A stretch of 41,078 nt of DNA. Origin: an uncultured Methanosarcinales archaeon. GTDB lineage: Archaea > Nanobdellota > Nanobdellia > Woesearchaeales > CAZKBD01. Position 1 is the first letter of the stretch. Every line of letters starts with the position of its first letter. The notes beneath the pieces were generated by a model. It made no database searches, was not told the origin of the DNA, and saw only the letters and a program-made list of their open reading frames with translations. The position numbers were made by a program, and so were the translations under genes. The stretch spans positions 1 through 41,078 of the forward strand of contig CAZKBD010000006.1 of assembly GCA_964550945.1 (NCBI GenBank), given 5' to 3'. Below, one piece after another: positions 31,353 through 40,381 of the stretch.

Positions 31353-31935
31353 ACTTAAAAATATTAAATATCTGGCAAAAGGCAAAAGGGGAGTGGTTTA
31401 TACTGCCAAATACAAAAACAAGAAGGTTGCAGTAAAGACAAAAAATCCAGAATCAAATGCTGTTGGAAGGATAAAGAATGAGGCACAAACCCTTAAACTG
31501 CTGAATAAACACAATATTGGCCCCAAGCTGTTGAAATTTGGAGCTAATAGCATAGTATACAACTTTGTGGAAGGGGATTTTATTCTTGATTTTATAGAAA
31601 AAAATAGCAAGGATAGAATTTTGAAAGCGCTGAAGGATGTTTTAAACCAGCTCCATATTATGGATAAATTGAAAATCAATAAAGAAGAGATGCATCATCC
31701 CTTGAAACACATTATAGTCAACAAAAAAAATAGGGCTGTATTGATAGACTTTGAAAGGGCTTATAAGACAGAAAAACCGCACAATGCAACCCAGTTTTGC
31801 CAGTTTTTAATCAATATAAACAAAATGTTGAGCAAAAAAGGCATAACCATAAAGAAAGATGAAATGATCAAGCTGGCAAAAAAGTACAAAAAAGAGTATA
31901 ATATCAAACCAGTCCTGAAGTATATTGCCCAATAG
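31345..31935 (+). CDS. Protein-kinase-like protein (archaeal COG2112/RIO-like)
   Basis: LAKGKRGVVY, VAVK, IGPKL, IDFERA. Catalytic loop reads KEEMHHP. Confidence 0.8.
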   Translation: MSELKNIKYLAKGKRGVVYTAKYKNKKVAVKTKNPESNAVGRIKNEAQTLKLLNKHNIGPKLLKFGANSIVYNFVEGDFILDFIEKNSKDRILKALKDVLNQLHIMDKLKINKEEMHHPLKHIIVNKKNRAVLIDFERAYKTEKPHNATQFCQFLININKMLSKKGITIKKDEMIKLAKKYKKEYNIKPVLKYIAQ

Positions 31936-31983
31936 CGAAATATATATAAACCACATCTTTGACTAAGTTGTTTAGGGGGTAAA

Positions 31984-32838
31984 ATGCTAAAAAAAGACAC
32001 TTCATTCATTATTGTCCTGAATATGATAAAAAATTTGCCTATATTGGTAATACTATTGATAATTCTCGGATTGTCCATATACACTGTTTATGAACTGAAA
32101 GGCATACAAAAGCCAGAAGGGCTGGCAGAAGGGGCTTTAGAGCCATTAAAAGCAAAGCTGGATAGCCATAGCGAGCTTTTGAATTATAAATCTCAATATC
32201 CGAGAGTTAGTTACCTGACTGATGCTTTTTTGCAGCAAGCTAAAACAAATAATCTTGTTTTCTTTGATAAGGCAAAGCAAGGAGATTATCTTCTTGAATA
32301 TGCAGAAGCTGCTGTCATATATGACTCAAAAGAAGACAAGATAGTGAATGTACAAGAGGTTGAATTAGCTCCTGCTGACCTATTAGACAAGATAACAGCA
32401 AACCAAGCGCTTTCTGGCTATAAAGGTGTTACACCTAGGCTGGTTATTAAAGTAAGCAAGGACAACTTAGAGAATCTTAAGCAACAAATTAGTGGCTTGA
32501 ATGAGTCTTTTATTGGAGATTATATTGTGAACTATGATGATCGTGTTGTGATTTTTGATTATGAATCAGGAAATATTGTATATGACATTCCATTGCAAGC
32601 GCAGCTGCCTGCTGATTTTTTTACAAAGCTTTTGGTTCACCCTGAGGTTAAAGGCTATGAAAATGAAAAGCCGAATGGCAGGGTGTTAGATCAAGCAAAT
32701 TTGGACCAATTAAAACAGACTTATCCTACATTATACAAGAATGCTGAAGCAGGAGATATTGTATTGCAGTATTCCAACCTATTAGTGATCTATAATTATC
32801 AGAATGACCAAATCAAAGATACATTCAACCTGCAATAA
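31984..32838 (+). CDS. Membrane-anchored protein with three internal ~78-aa repeats
   Basis: N-terminal TM. GDYLLEY..VIYD, GDYIVNY..VIFD and GDIVLQY..VIYN repeats. Confidence 0.75.
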   Translation: MLKKDTSFIIVLNMIKNLPILVILLIILGLSIYTVYELKGIQKPEGLAEGALEPLKAKLDSHSELLNYKSQYPRVSYLTDAFLQQAKTNNLVFFDKAKQGDYLLEYAEAAVIYDSKEDKIVNVQEVELAPADLLDKITANQALSGYKGVTPRLVIKVSKDNLENLKQQISGLNESFIGDYIVNYDDRVVIFDYESGNIVYDIPLQAQLPADFFTKLLVHPEVKGYENEKPNGRVLDQANLDQLKQTYPTLYKNAEAGDIVLQYSNLLVIYNYQNDQIKDTFNLQ

Positions 32839-33139
32839 TTCTTTTTCTGATAAAGTTTTAGGCCTGACAAAAAAGATACCTAAGGGAAAAGTGACCACAT
32901 ACAAAATTATCGCTGAGCAGCTCAAGACAAAGGCATACAGGGCAGTTGGCAATGCTTTAAAGAATAATAGAATGCCAATAATAACGCCCTGCCATCGTGT
33001 AATAAAATCAGACGGTTCTATTGGAGGTTATTGTGGATCAAACAACAGCAGGAAAAAGATAGCCATATTAAAAAAAGAAAGGATACCCCTAAAAAATAAT
33101 AAGGTAATCAATTTAAAAAAATATTTATATTCCTTCTAG
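32804..33139 (+). CDS. ogt: Methylated-DNA-protein-cysteine methyltransferase (single-domain MGMT)
   Basis: IPKGKVTTY, RAVGNAL, PCHRVI..DGSIGGY. Confidence 0.9.
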   Translation: MTKSKIHSTCNNSFSDKVLGLTKKIPKGKVTTYKIIAEQLKTKAYRAVGNALKNNRMPIITPCHRVIKSDGSIGGYCGSNNSRKKIAILKKERIPLKNNKVINLKKYLYSF

Positions 33140-34062
33140 CGCTTCTTCTTTTTCTTTGTTTTCTTGATATCCTTTTCCAAATCTAACTCATCAAGAAGCT
33201 CTTTATACCTGTTTCTTATTGTAACTTCTGTAACGCCAGCGACATCAGCAACTTCTCTTTGAGTTCTTTTTTCGCCGTGTATCAAAGCGCTGACATAAAG
33301 AGCAGCTGCTGCGATTCCAGTAGGCCCTCTTCCTGAAGTAAGCTCTGCTTTCTGCGCTTTCTCTAATATCTCAACGCTTTTGCTTTGCGTTTCTGCGCTA
33401 AGCTTCAATGCAGAAGCGAATCTTGCGATGTAGTCAGCAGGATTTGAAGGTAGAATATTAATTCCAAGCTCTCTTGTAACAAACCTATAGGTTCTTCCAA
33501 TCTCTTTTTTTTCAATTCCAGAGGCTTCGCTTAACTCATCTAATGTTCTTGGGACATCATGCCGCCTGCAAGCTGCATATAAAGCGCCAGCAACAACGGA
33601 TTCCATGCTCCTTCCTCTGACTAAGCCACGCTGAACAGCTAAAGTGTAGATTCTAGCGCTTTCTTCTTCAACTGATTTTGGCAGCTTTAGGTAGGAGCTT
33701 ACTCTCTTTAGCTCAGCCAAAGCAAGCTTTAAGTTCCTCTCAATAGCAGTAGAAATCCTATATTGCCATTTTCTAAGCCTAAAGAACTTGTTTCTGTCTT
33801 TTCCACCAAGCTTGAACAGGTCTGCTTTTTCTCCAACCTCTGTTCCAAGGCCTTGATCATATTGAGTGTAGGTCATTGGCGCCCCTGTCCTTCTCTTTTG
33901 CTCTGCTTCGTCAGAGTCAAATTCGCGCCATTCTTGGGTGAAGTCGATCATCTTGTCTTCGATAACAAGACCGCAATCCTTGCAAACAATCTCTCCTTTA
34001 TCTCTATTCCAGAATAAATTAATTCCGCCACATTCAGGGCATTTTTTAACCATTTCAGGCAT
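33136..34062 (-). CDS. tfb: Transcription initiation factor IIB
   Basis: CPECG...CKDCG Zn ribbon, EWREF, RTGAP, two cyclin repeats, TEVTIRNRYKEL. AGGTGA RBS. Confidence 0.97.
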   Translation of the reverse strand: MPEMVKKCPECGGINLFWNRDKGEIVCKDCGLVIEDKMIDFTQEWREFDSDEAEQKRRTGAPMTYTQYDQGLGTEVGEKADLFKLGGKDRNKFFRLRKWQYRISTAIERNLKLALAELKRVSSYLKLPKSVEEESARIYTLAVQRGLVRGRSMESVVAGALYAACRRHDVPRTLDELSEASGIEKKEIGRTYRFVTRELGINILPSNPADYIARFASALKLSAETQSKSVEILEKAQKAELTSGRGPTGIAAAALYVSALIHGEKRTQREVADVAGVTEVTIRNRYKELLDELDLEKDIKKTKKKKKR

Positions 34063-34203
34063 TTTTATCACCTATCTGCCAAAGGGGCATTTTAATAGTA
34101 ATGAACTTCATTATCTTGAACACCCCCTTAACAAAATGTTTAAACAAAATTTTTATTATACTCTAATAAATACAATAAATTTATATAGGAAAAAAGATGT
34201 CAC

Positions 34204-34238
34204 TATTTAAATCTTTCGGTTTTTCGAAAGGTTTAAAA
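34204..34238. promoter_or_regulatory. Back-to-back divergent BRE-TATA promoters
   Basis: Minus strand CCGAAAGATTTAAATA (34204-19); plus strand CGAAAGGTTTAAAA (34225-38). Confidence 0.65.
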
Positions 34239-34441
34239 AGTATTCTATATTGTTTTTTGACGATAAACCCTAAAAATAAGGTACAATTGGGCTTTTTTTA
34301 ACCTTTAAGCACCAAAATCAGCCTAAAACAGCAAAAAAAATAAAAATCTTGCTTGTTACCAATGAAAATTTTGATCGCTAAAGAATTTTACGCAACACCC
34401 TCAGATAGATTTAAATAAAAATAAAGATTTTAAAGGATTAT

Positions 34442-34564
34442 GCCGACGTGGCACAACCTGGCACTGCGTCAGCCTTGAGAGCTGATTTCCGAAAGGATAT
34501 CTCGGTTCAAACGGATGCTCAGAAATCTGAGATTTCTGGCACGTTGAAAATCCGGGCGTCGGCG
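34442..34564 (+). tRNA. tRNA-Ser(TGA) with 39-nt intron at 59/60 (34512-34550)
   Basis: Acceptor GCCGACG/CGTCGGC plus G73. Anticodon arm TCAGC-CT TGA GA-GCTGA. Long variable arm. T arm CTCGG-TTCAAA|intron|T-CCGGG. TTCA/TGAA central helix. Upstream TTTAAATA. Confidence 0.9.
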
Positions 34565-34749
34565 TTTATTTTTTAATTATATAATCCTTATTTGAGTTTA
34601 GGTTTATATGGGAATTTATAGAAAACTCTCCAACAATACGCTTTTTACCAACTCTCGCCAGGAGCATCCTGCTCATTTTAGTCTTACCCACTACATTAAT
34701 AAAAAGCAATGTAGAGGGTAAGATTTATATATAAGTTCTCATTACTGCT

Positions 34750-35754
34750 ATGATTATGGTATACATCTACAAGAAAACAATAGGGAAAATGCCTTACTAT
34801 TACCTTCGCGCTTCTGAAAGAAAAGGAAAAAAAGTGATTACTAAGGATATTGCGTACCTAGGTAATTCTATAGAAGAAGTGAGAAAGTCGCTGGATAGCC
34901 TGCCCAAATTCAAGGAAAAGATAAGGAAAGCGTACAAGACAATCCATACGTTTATCGAGTCAAATCATTATTTAGAGAAGATTGCTTCCATGAAGCTGAA
35001 GAAAGAGCCTTTCATAGAGGACAAGCTTGCAGAAGTTGAAGCATGCAGGCTGCATTATAATTCAGCCTTTAAGAAGAACGATGAAAAAACAAAAACAGAA
35101 ATCCTGAAGAATTTTGTCATAGAATTTGCATTCAATACAGCATCCATAGAAGGGAATACTATAACCCTTCAGCAAGCTAGAAACCTATTGGAAGAGGGAT
35201 TAACCCCAAAAGACAAAACATTGAGGGAAATCTATGATCTCCAAAATGCTGAAAAAGTATTTCTAAGCCTTATCAGCTCATCAGCAGAACTATCTCATGA
35301 ATTTATAATAAGGATGCACTCCGAACTGATGGATAATATCGATGCAAGAGCAGGCTATAGGACAACGGATGTTAGAGTTATAAAATCGAACTTTAAGTCA
35401 ACCCCTGCGCCTTATGTAAAGACAGATATGGGCATTCTGCTCAAATGGTATAATGAAAACAAGAAAAAATTGCATCCTATGGTATTTGCGACAATCTTCC
35501 ACCACAAATTTGAAAAAATACATCCATTCATGGATGGGAATGGAAGGGTAGGCAGAATGCTTTTAAACTACGTCTTGATGCAGAATGGCTATCCTCCTGT
35601 GATAATACATAGAAAACTGCGTTCAGAATACTTAGCATGCTTAAGGGAAGCAGATAGGGCAGATCTTACTAAGGCTGCAAAAGAACACTATTCCCTCTTA
35701 GTCTTATTTATAGCAGATGAAATGAGTGAATATTATTGGAGCATATTCCTCTAG
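34750..35754 (+). CDS. Fic-domain protein (class II-like, internal inhibitory motif)
   Basis: HPFMDGNGRVGR Fic motif. TASIEGN inhibitory motif. N-terminal YYYL..S.R...YLG domain. Confidence 0.92.
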   Translation: MIMVYIYKKTIGKMPYYYLRASERKGKKVITKDIAYLGNSIEEVRKSLDSLPKFKEKIRKAYKTIHTFIESNHYLEKIASMKLKKEPFIEDKLAEVEACRLHYNSAFKKNDEKTKTEILKNFVIEFAFNTASIEGNTITLQQARNLLEEGLTPKDKTLREIYDLQNAEKVFLSLISSSAELSHEFIIRMHSELMDNIDARAGYRTTDVRVIKSNFKSTPAPYVKTDMGILLKWYNENKKKLHPMVFATIFHHKFEKIHPFMDGNGRVGRMLLNYVLMQNGYPPVIIHRKLRSEYLACLREADRADLTKAAKEHYSLLVLFIADEMSEYYWSIFL

Positions 35755-35866
35755 ACACTAGAACGGCGCCTATTATTCACAAAAAATGGATAAAATGTCG
35801 AAAAAGTGAATAATAAACAAATAGCTCCTGAAAATCATAACTTCTATTGTCTCTTAGCGGATCATT

Positions 35867-37366
35867 TTATTTTATCACAATCCCTTTAATCTCATTAAGA
35901 ATCTCTTTTGAATATTCCAGTTTTTCCTTGCTCTCAGAATATATTGTGAATATCTTTTCTCCTTTTTGGACATTATTGCCTACATGCCTGTATAGATAGA
36001 TGCCTGCTCCTTTGTTGGCTGGTGCGCCAGCAATCCTTGCTATTTTTGAAATAAACGTGTTACCAATCTCTTTAATCTCGCCAGCCTTGCCAGCTACAAA
36101 GTCAAATTCGTATTTGCCTAACTTAATTTCATCTGTGTCTGGCTCTTTGCCACCCTGGGCTTTGATAATCTCAACCATCTTTTTATACGCTTTTCCAGAA
36201 TCTAATATCTCTAGAGCTTTCTTTTTTCCGTTTTTTATTCCCACCATCTTGAAAATCTCAGCAGACATCATTAAACACTTTTTCTCTAAATCCATAGGTC
36301 GCCTAAAATCCCTTTTCAACAGCCATAACACATCTCGCGCTTCTAAATCAGGGCCGATCCCATTCCCAATCGGCTGGGAACCATCAGTGATCATCACTTT
36401 GATATGTTTTTTTAGCTTTTTTCCAATATCTTCAAATTGCTGCTTTAAATGCAAAGCTTCCCTATTATTCAATACCTTTGCACTTTTGCCAATAGGGATG
36501 TCTATTAGGATGTGAGTTGAACCCACTGAGTGCTTTTTAGCCATGATGCTTGCCAAAAGCTGGCTTTCAGCATCTAAGCTAAGCGGCTTTTCAACCTTGA
36601 TTATAGCGTCATCAGCAGGAGCCAGATCTAAAGCGCCTCCCCAGATTATACAGCCATTTGTTTTTTTTATTATTCTTTCCATCTTTTGGATACTGAAAGA
36701 GACATTTGCTAAAACTTCCATAGTATCAGCTGTGCCAGCAGGGCTTGTGATAGATCTTGAGCTTGTCTTTGGCATTGTGAAACCTGCAGCTGTTATTATT
36801 GGCACTACAACCAAGGTTGTTCGATTTCCTGGCACTCCGCCAATGCTGTGCTTGTCTATAATCGGATATTTATTTAGTTTCAGAGCATCTCCAAAACCAG
36901 CCATGGCCTTTGTTAGCAGTATTGTTTCTTCTGATGTCATTGCTTTTATGTAACATGCTGCAACAAAATAAGTAAGCTCAATATCACTTAAACGGTTATC
37001 CACAATGTCTTCAACAATCTGATCAATCTCGCTTTTGGTTAATCTCTCACCATCCAGCTTCTTTTTGATGTATTCTAATGATTTTGGGCTTTTGGCTAGA
37101 GTAACATCTACTTTGTCGTTATGATTTAGCCTTAATTTTTTTAGAACTTCTTCAAAAGCGCCAATCCTTCCAGCTGAAACCGCTTTTTTGCTCTCAGCAA
37201 TGTCAATTATGGCCACACATTTTTTCCTGCCTTTTGTTAATGTAACCCTATCCAGATTATGCAGATCCAATTTTTGGGCATCTTTTTTGCTAAGAATAGC
37301 AATAAGCGGCCCTCCAGTAGAAATATCCATATCTTTAACTTTTAACTTCACTTTTCTCTTCCTCAT
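35867..37366 (-). CDS. deoA: AMP phosphorylase (archaeal thymidine-phosphorylase family)
   Basis: N-terminal extension. DKHSIGGVPGNRTT, KTSSRSITSPAGTADTME, LAPADD, ARIAGAP...GAG. Confidence 0.93.
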   Translation of the reverse strand: MRKRKVKLKVKDMDISTGGPLIAILSKKDAQKLDLHNLDRVTLTKGRKKCVAIIDIAESKKAVSAGRIGAFEEVLKKLRLNHNDKVDVTLAKSPKSLEYIKKKLDGERLTKSEIDQIVEDIVDNRLSDIELTYFVAACYIKAMTSEETILLTKAMAGFGDALKLNKYPIIDKHSIGGVPGNRTTLVVVPIITAAGFTMPKTSSRSITSPAGTADTMEVLANVSFSIQKMERIIKKTNGCIIWGGALDLAPADDAIIKVEKPLSLDAESQLLASIMAKKHSVGSTHILIDIPIGKSAKVLNNREALHLKQQFEDIGKKLKKHIKVMITDGSQPIGNGIGPDLEARDVLWLLKRDFRRPMDLEKKCLMMSAEIFKMVGIKNGKKKALEILDSGKAYKKMVEIIKAQGGKEPDTDEIKLGKYEFDFVAGKAGEIKEIGNTFISKIARIAGAPANKGAGIYLYRHVGNNVQKGEKIFTIYSESKEKLEYSKEILNEIKGIVIK

Positions 37367-38420
37367 ATATCTTAATAAAAGCCATAAATAAAGCTAATAA
37401 CAGAGGTCCAATAAAAATGCCCATAATGCCAAACATTTTCAGGCCACCTAAAACGCCTAATAACACTAAAACAGGATGCACATCTGCCCTATTGCTTATC
37501 AGTTTAGGCTTTAAAATGTTGTCAATTGTGCCAATAATCAGAGCTCCATACAATATTAGAAGCAGGCCTCTAATAATCATGTTAGTGTTGTTATCATAAT
37601 AGCCGTCCAAAATCTGCATTATCGCTATGGGCAGCCATATAACTGGGGGGCCAATAAAAGGCAATAATGCAAAAAAGGCCATTAAAGCGCCCCATAAAAT
37701 AGGAGCGTGAATCCCCAGGATTATGAAGCCTATGGCACCTAAAGCGCCTTGAATCAAAGCAACTGAGACGTGGCCAAAAATAACTGCATGCGTAACATCT
37801 TCGAATCTTTGGAAGACATGATCTTGATGCGATTTTTTTAAGGGCAAAACACTTTGCAGCTTAGCAACAAGCAATGGGCCGTCTCTTAACAAGTAGAATA
37901 CTATGAACACCATCACAAAAAAGTTTAAGATAATAAATGGGACTGAAACAAGAAGGGCTGAAATATAATTGATCACAAAATTTGTCAATTTAGTTATAGC
38001 TTCCTGCAATTGGTATGCCACCTTGGGGTTGTTCAGAAAATTGGTCACTTCAGTTGAAAAAATACAGGGATTTCCTTGCGCATCAATACACTCTAAACTC
38101 AGAACGCCTCCAATGCTCATCTTTTGTTTTGCTGTGAGATACATGACATAAGCCTCTTTTGACAGGGAATCCACTACAAAAAATAGCGGAAGAGTAATCA
38201 GCAAAATGACCAGTATAGTGACTAACAAAGCAGACAAATTCTTTTTTTTGGTTTTATTATTTAACCAATTGTAGATAGGATAAAACACATAAGCTGTAAT
38301 AGCTCCAGTAAGTATTGTTGTAATAAACGGCTTAACTACCAAGAAAACAACAACCAATACAGCTATGATTAATAAAATGAAAAAATATTTGGGGTATTCC
38401 TCATTCTTGATATCTATCAC
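37335..38420 (-). CDS. AI-2E (PerM/UPF0118) family transporter
   Basis: AYVFYPIY, FYLLRDG, ALIQG, LPFIGP, DNILKP...VHP...GG...FG..GIFIGP. Confidence 0.9.
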   Translation of the reverse strand: MIDIKNEEYPKYFFILLIIAVLVVVFLVVKPFITTILTGAITAYVFYPIYNWLNNKTKKKNLSALLVTILVILLITLPLFFVVDSLSKEAYVMYLTAKQKMSIGGVLSLECIDAQGNPCIFSTEVTNFLNNPKVAYQLQEAITKLTNFVINYISALLVSVPFIILNFFVMVFIVFYLLRDGPLLVAKLQSVLPLKKSHQDHVFQRFEDVTHAVIFGHVSVALIQGALGAIGFIILGIHAPILWGALMAFFALLPFIGPPVIWLPIAIMQILDGYYDNNTNMIIRGLLLILYGALIIGTIDNILKPKLISNRADVHPVLVLLGVLGGLKMFGIMGIFIGPLLLALFMAFIKIYEEEKSEVKS

Positions 38421-38518
38421 CTATAATAGCAGACAAAAAATATTGAGAATCGTTGTCTGCTCTTAATGAGCAAATGACGTATCTATGATGCTCAAACCAT
38501 TGCGCCCTTTGCTATAAA

Positions 38519-38620
38519 TGGGCCTGCCCGGACTTTCAAAGGTTAGTTATTCGAACCGGGGACCTCCACCATTCCGCATTGTTTGTCGAGGTGGCGTCAT
38601 AGCCACTAGACTACAAGCCC
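38519..38620 (-). tRNA. tRNA-Val(GAC) with two introns (37/38: 38572-38583; 59/60: 38533-38549)
   Basis: Minus strand GGGCTTG...CAGGCCC-A. CCACC-TC GAC A|12 nt|T-GGTGG. CCCGG-TTCGAA|17 nt|T-CCGGG. TATA at ~38645-38653. Confidence 0.85.
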
Positions 38621-38664
38621 AGCAAAGCTATGCTTATGATGTTTTATTTAAATACTCTTCGATT

Positions 38665-39081
38665 TTAACTTGCCAAAGTAGAATACACTTTTATTATAAA
38701 GAGGGTTATCAAACATAGTAATACAAATACTATCATCTCAATTGCGACTCTTTTCCACATCTTGATAACATCTGGCAATAATAAATCAATAATGACTATC
38801 TCAATCAATGAGATGAAGAAAACTAACAAGGCTATGTAAAGGAAGAACATAGAACTTCCGAGATAGTTTATGCTTAGGAAGTCTTTGTTGATCCATAAGA
38901 TTAGCGAGATATAAGCTATAACGAGGAAGATTGAAGCTCTCCATATCCAGATCTTCTTGGTTCTTCTTTCGATATCAGCTTCTTCAAACAGCCTAAACAG
39001 GAAGGTTGTAAATATATACAACAGGCAGCCGAAAATCAATAAGAAGAGCACAACAATGATAACTGTCATTGAATCTTGCAT
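38665..39081 (-). CDS. 4-TM hypothetical membrane protein (paralog 2)
   Basis: Hydrophobic. IIDLLLP....WKRV.IEM shared with the neighbouring gene. Confidence 0.7.
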   Translation of the reverse strand: MQDSMTVIIVVLFLLIFGCLLYIFTTFLFRLFEEADIERRTKKIWIWRASIFLVIAYISLILWINKDFLSINYLGSSMFFLYIALLVFFISLIEIVIIDLLLPDVIKMWKRVAIEMIVFVLLCLITLFIIKVYSTLAS

Positions 39082-39084
39082 TTT

Positions 39085-39486
39085 TCAGGTTATTTTAATC
39101 AAAATAATCAAAATTACGCATAATGTCAAAAATAAGCTCATCTCAATCAATACCCTTTTCCAGATCTCCATCTCTGTGGGCAGCAATAGGTCAATTATGA
39201 TTATTCCAATAAACGAGACAAAAAAGATAAGCAGAGATATGAGCAAGAAAATATTAAATGTCCCTCTTAAGGCTATTTCTAATGAGTCTTTATTCAGGAA
39301 TAATATCAATGCAATAAGCAGGACAGTGAAACAAATAGAAATGCGCCATCTTAGGATCATCAAATCTCTTTTTTTGAATTTTTTTGTTTTTATTCTTTGG
39401 TTTATGTTCTTGTTGATAAAATAGACTAGAATCAGAAATATTGCTAAAAACAGGAAGATAATGTATAAGTCTAATCCAGATCCCAT
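39085..39486 (-). CDS. 4-TM hypothetical membrane protein (paralog 1)
   Basis: GAGGTGA RBS and BRE-TATA at 39526-39540. Motif shared with the downstream gene. Confidence 0.7.
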   Translation of the reverse strand: MGSGLDLYIIFLFLAIFLILVYFINKNINQRIKTKKFKKRDLMILRWRISICFTVLLIALILFLNKDSLEIALRGTFNIFLLISLLIFFVSFIGIIIIDLLLPTEMEIWKRVLIEMSLFLTLCVILIILIKIT

Positions 39487-39582
39487 CGAATCACCTCTTT
39501 TTCAGCAAGTATTTTATTTTAATCTTATTTAAACGTTTCGTTTTCAAAAACTATTTAAAAGACAAAGATAAATTAATGGGTA

Positions 39583-40215
39583 ATGAAGGACAGGCTAATC
39601 AAACATTGGCAGGAGCTGGATATAATCAAAGATAAGAGAATAATGGGGGCATTTAAAAAAATTCCAAGAGAGTGCTTTATAAGGGGAGGGTATGAAAATG
39701 AGGCTTATGGGGATTATCCTTTGCCTATTGGAGAGGGCCAGACTATCTCTCAGCCGACAACAGTGATGATAATGACAGAAGCCTTAGAAGTTAAGAAAGG
39801 CCATAAAGTCTTGGAGGTTGGCGCAGGCTCTGGCTATCAAGCTGCAATCCTTTCAATATTAGTAGGTGAACAAGGCAAGATAATAACTGCTGAGTGCATT
39901 AAGGAACTGGCTGAGTTTGCAAGAAGCAATTTGAGCAAATGCGGCATCGGAAATGTAAGTGTAATAAATTGTGATGGCTCTCAAGGCTATGAAAAAGAAG
40001 CTCCTTTTGACAGGATAATAATCACGGCAGCCTGCCCCGGAATTCCAAAGCCATTGGTTGATCAATTGAAAGAATCTGGGTTAATAATAGCTCCAGTCGG
40101 CTCACTTTTTGGGCAGGATATGATTAAAGGGATAAAACATAAAGGCAAGCTAGAAACAGAGAATCTTGGCTCGTTTGTTTTTGTTCCGCTAAAGGGAAGA
40201 TATGGCTATAGATGA
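39583..40215 (+). CDS. pcm: Protein-L-isoaspartate O-methyltransferase
   Basis: AY.DYPLPIGEGQTISQP, VLEVGAGSGY, APFDRII.TA, FVPL. Confidence 0.95.
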   Translation: MKDRLIKHWQELDIIKDKRIMGAFKKIPRECFIRGGYENEAYGDYPLPIGEGQTISQPTTVMIMTEALEVKKGHKVLEVGAGSGYQAAILSILVGEQGKIITAECIKELAEFARSNLSKCGIGNVSVINCDGSQGYEKEAPFDRIIITAACPGIPKPLVDQLKESGLIIAPVGSLFGQDMIKGIKHKGKLETENLGSFVFVPLKGRYGYR

Positions 40216-40355
40216 ATCTTATGCTCGCATAAATCACAATACCTAATCCTGATAGAGTTTGGCAGGCGTAATATGCCGTTTTCCCATCCACAAGCAGGGC
40301 ATTTTACTAAATGATTTAAAAATTTGAAATCTCCGTTAGGGTCTTTGTATTCCAT
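40206..40355 (-). CDS. 49-aa zinc-ribbon microprotein (CPxCG...CxxC), below the ORF-track cutoff
   Basis: Hand translation MEYKDPNGDFKFLNHLVKCPACGWENGILRLPNSIRIRYCDLCEHKIHL*. TATA-like TTTAATAA ~25 nt upstream. Confidence 0.7.
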   Translation of the reverse strand: MEYKDPNGDFKFLNHLVKCPACGWENGILRLPNSIRIRYCDLCEHKIHL

Positions 40356-40381
40356 AAACAGGAGAAATCTAAGGCCATTTA

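Noticed and set aside
34442..34564. Selenocysteine or opal suppressor tRNA
   Set aside because: The anticodon is TGA (reads UCA, Ser), not TCA, and the acceptor stem is a normal 7 bp.
34565..38518. Integrated element between the two convergent tRNAs
   Set aside because: No integrase and no duplicated tRNA 3' end seen. The cargo includes typical housekeeping genes.
38518..38718. 66-aa plus-strand ORF
   Set aside because: Antisense to the tRNA-Val gene.
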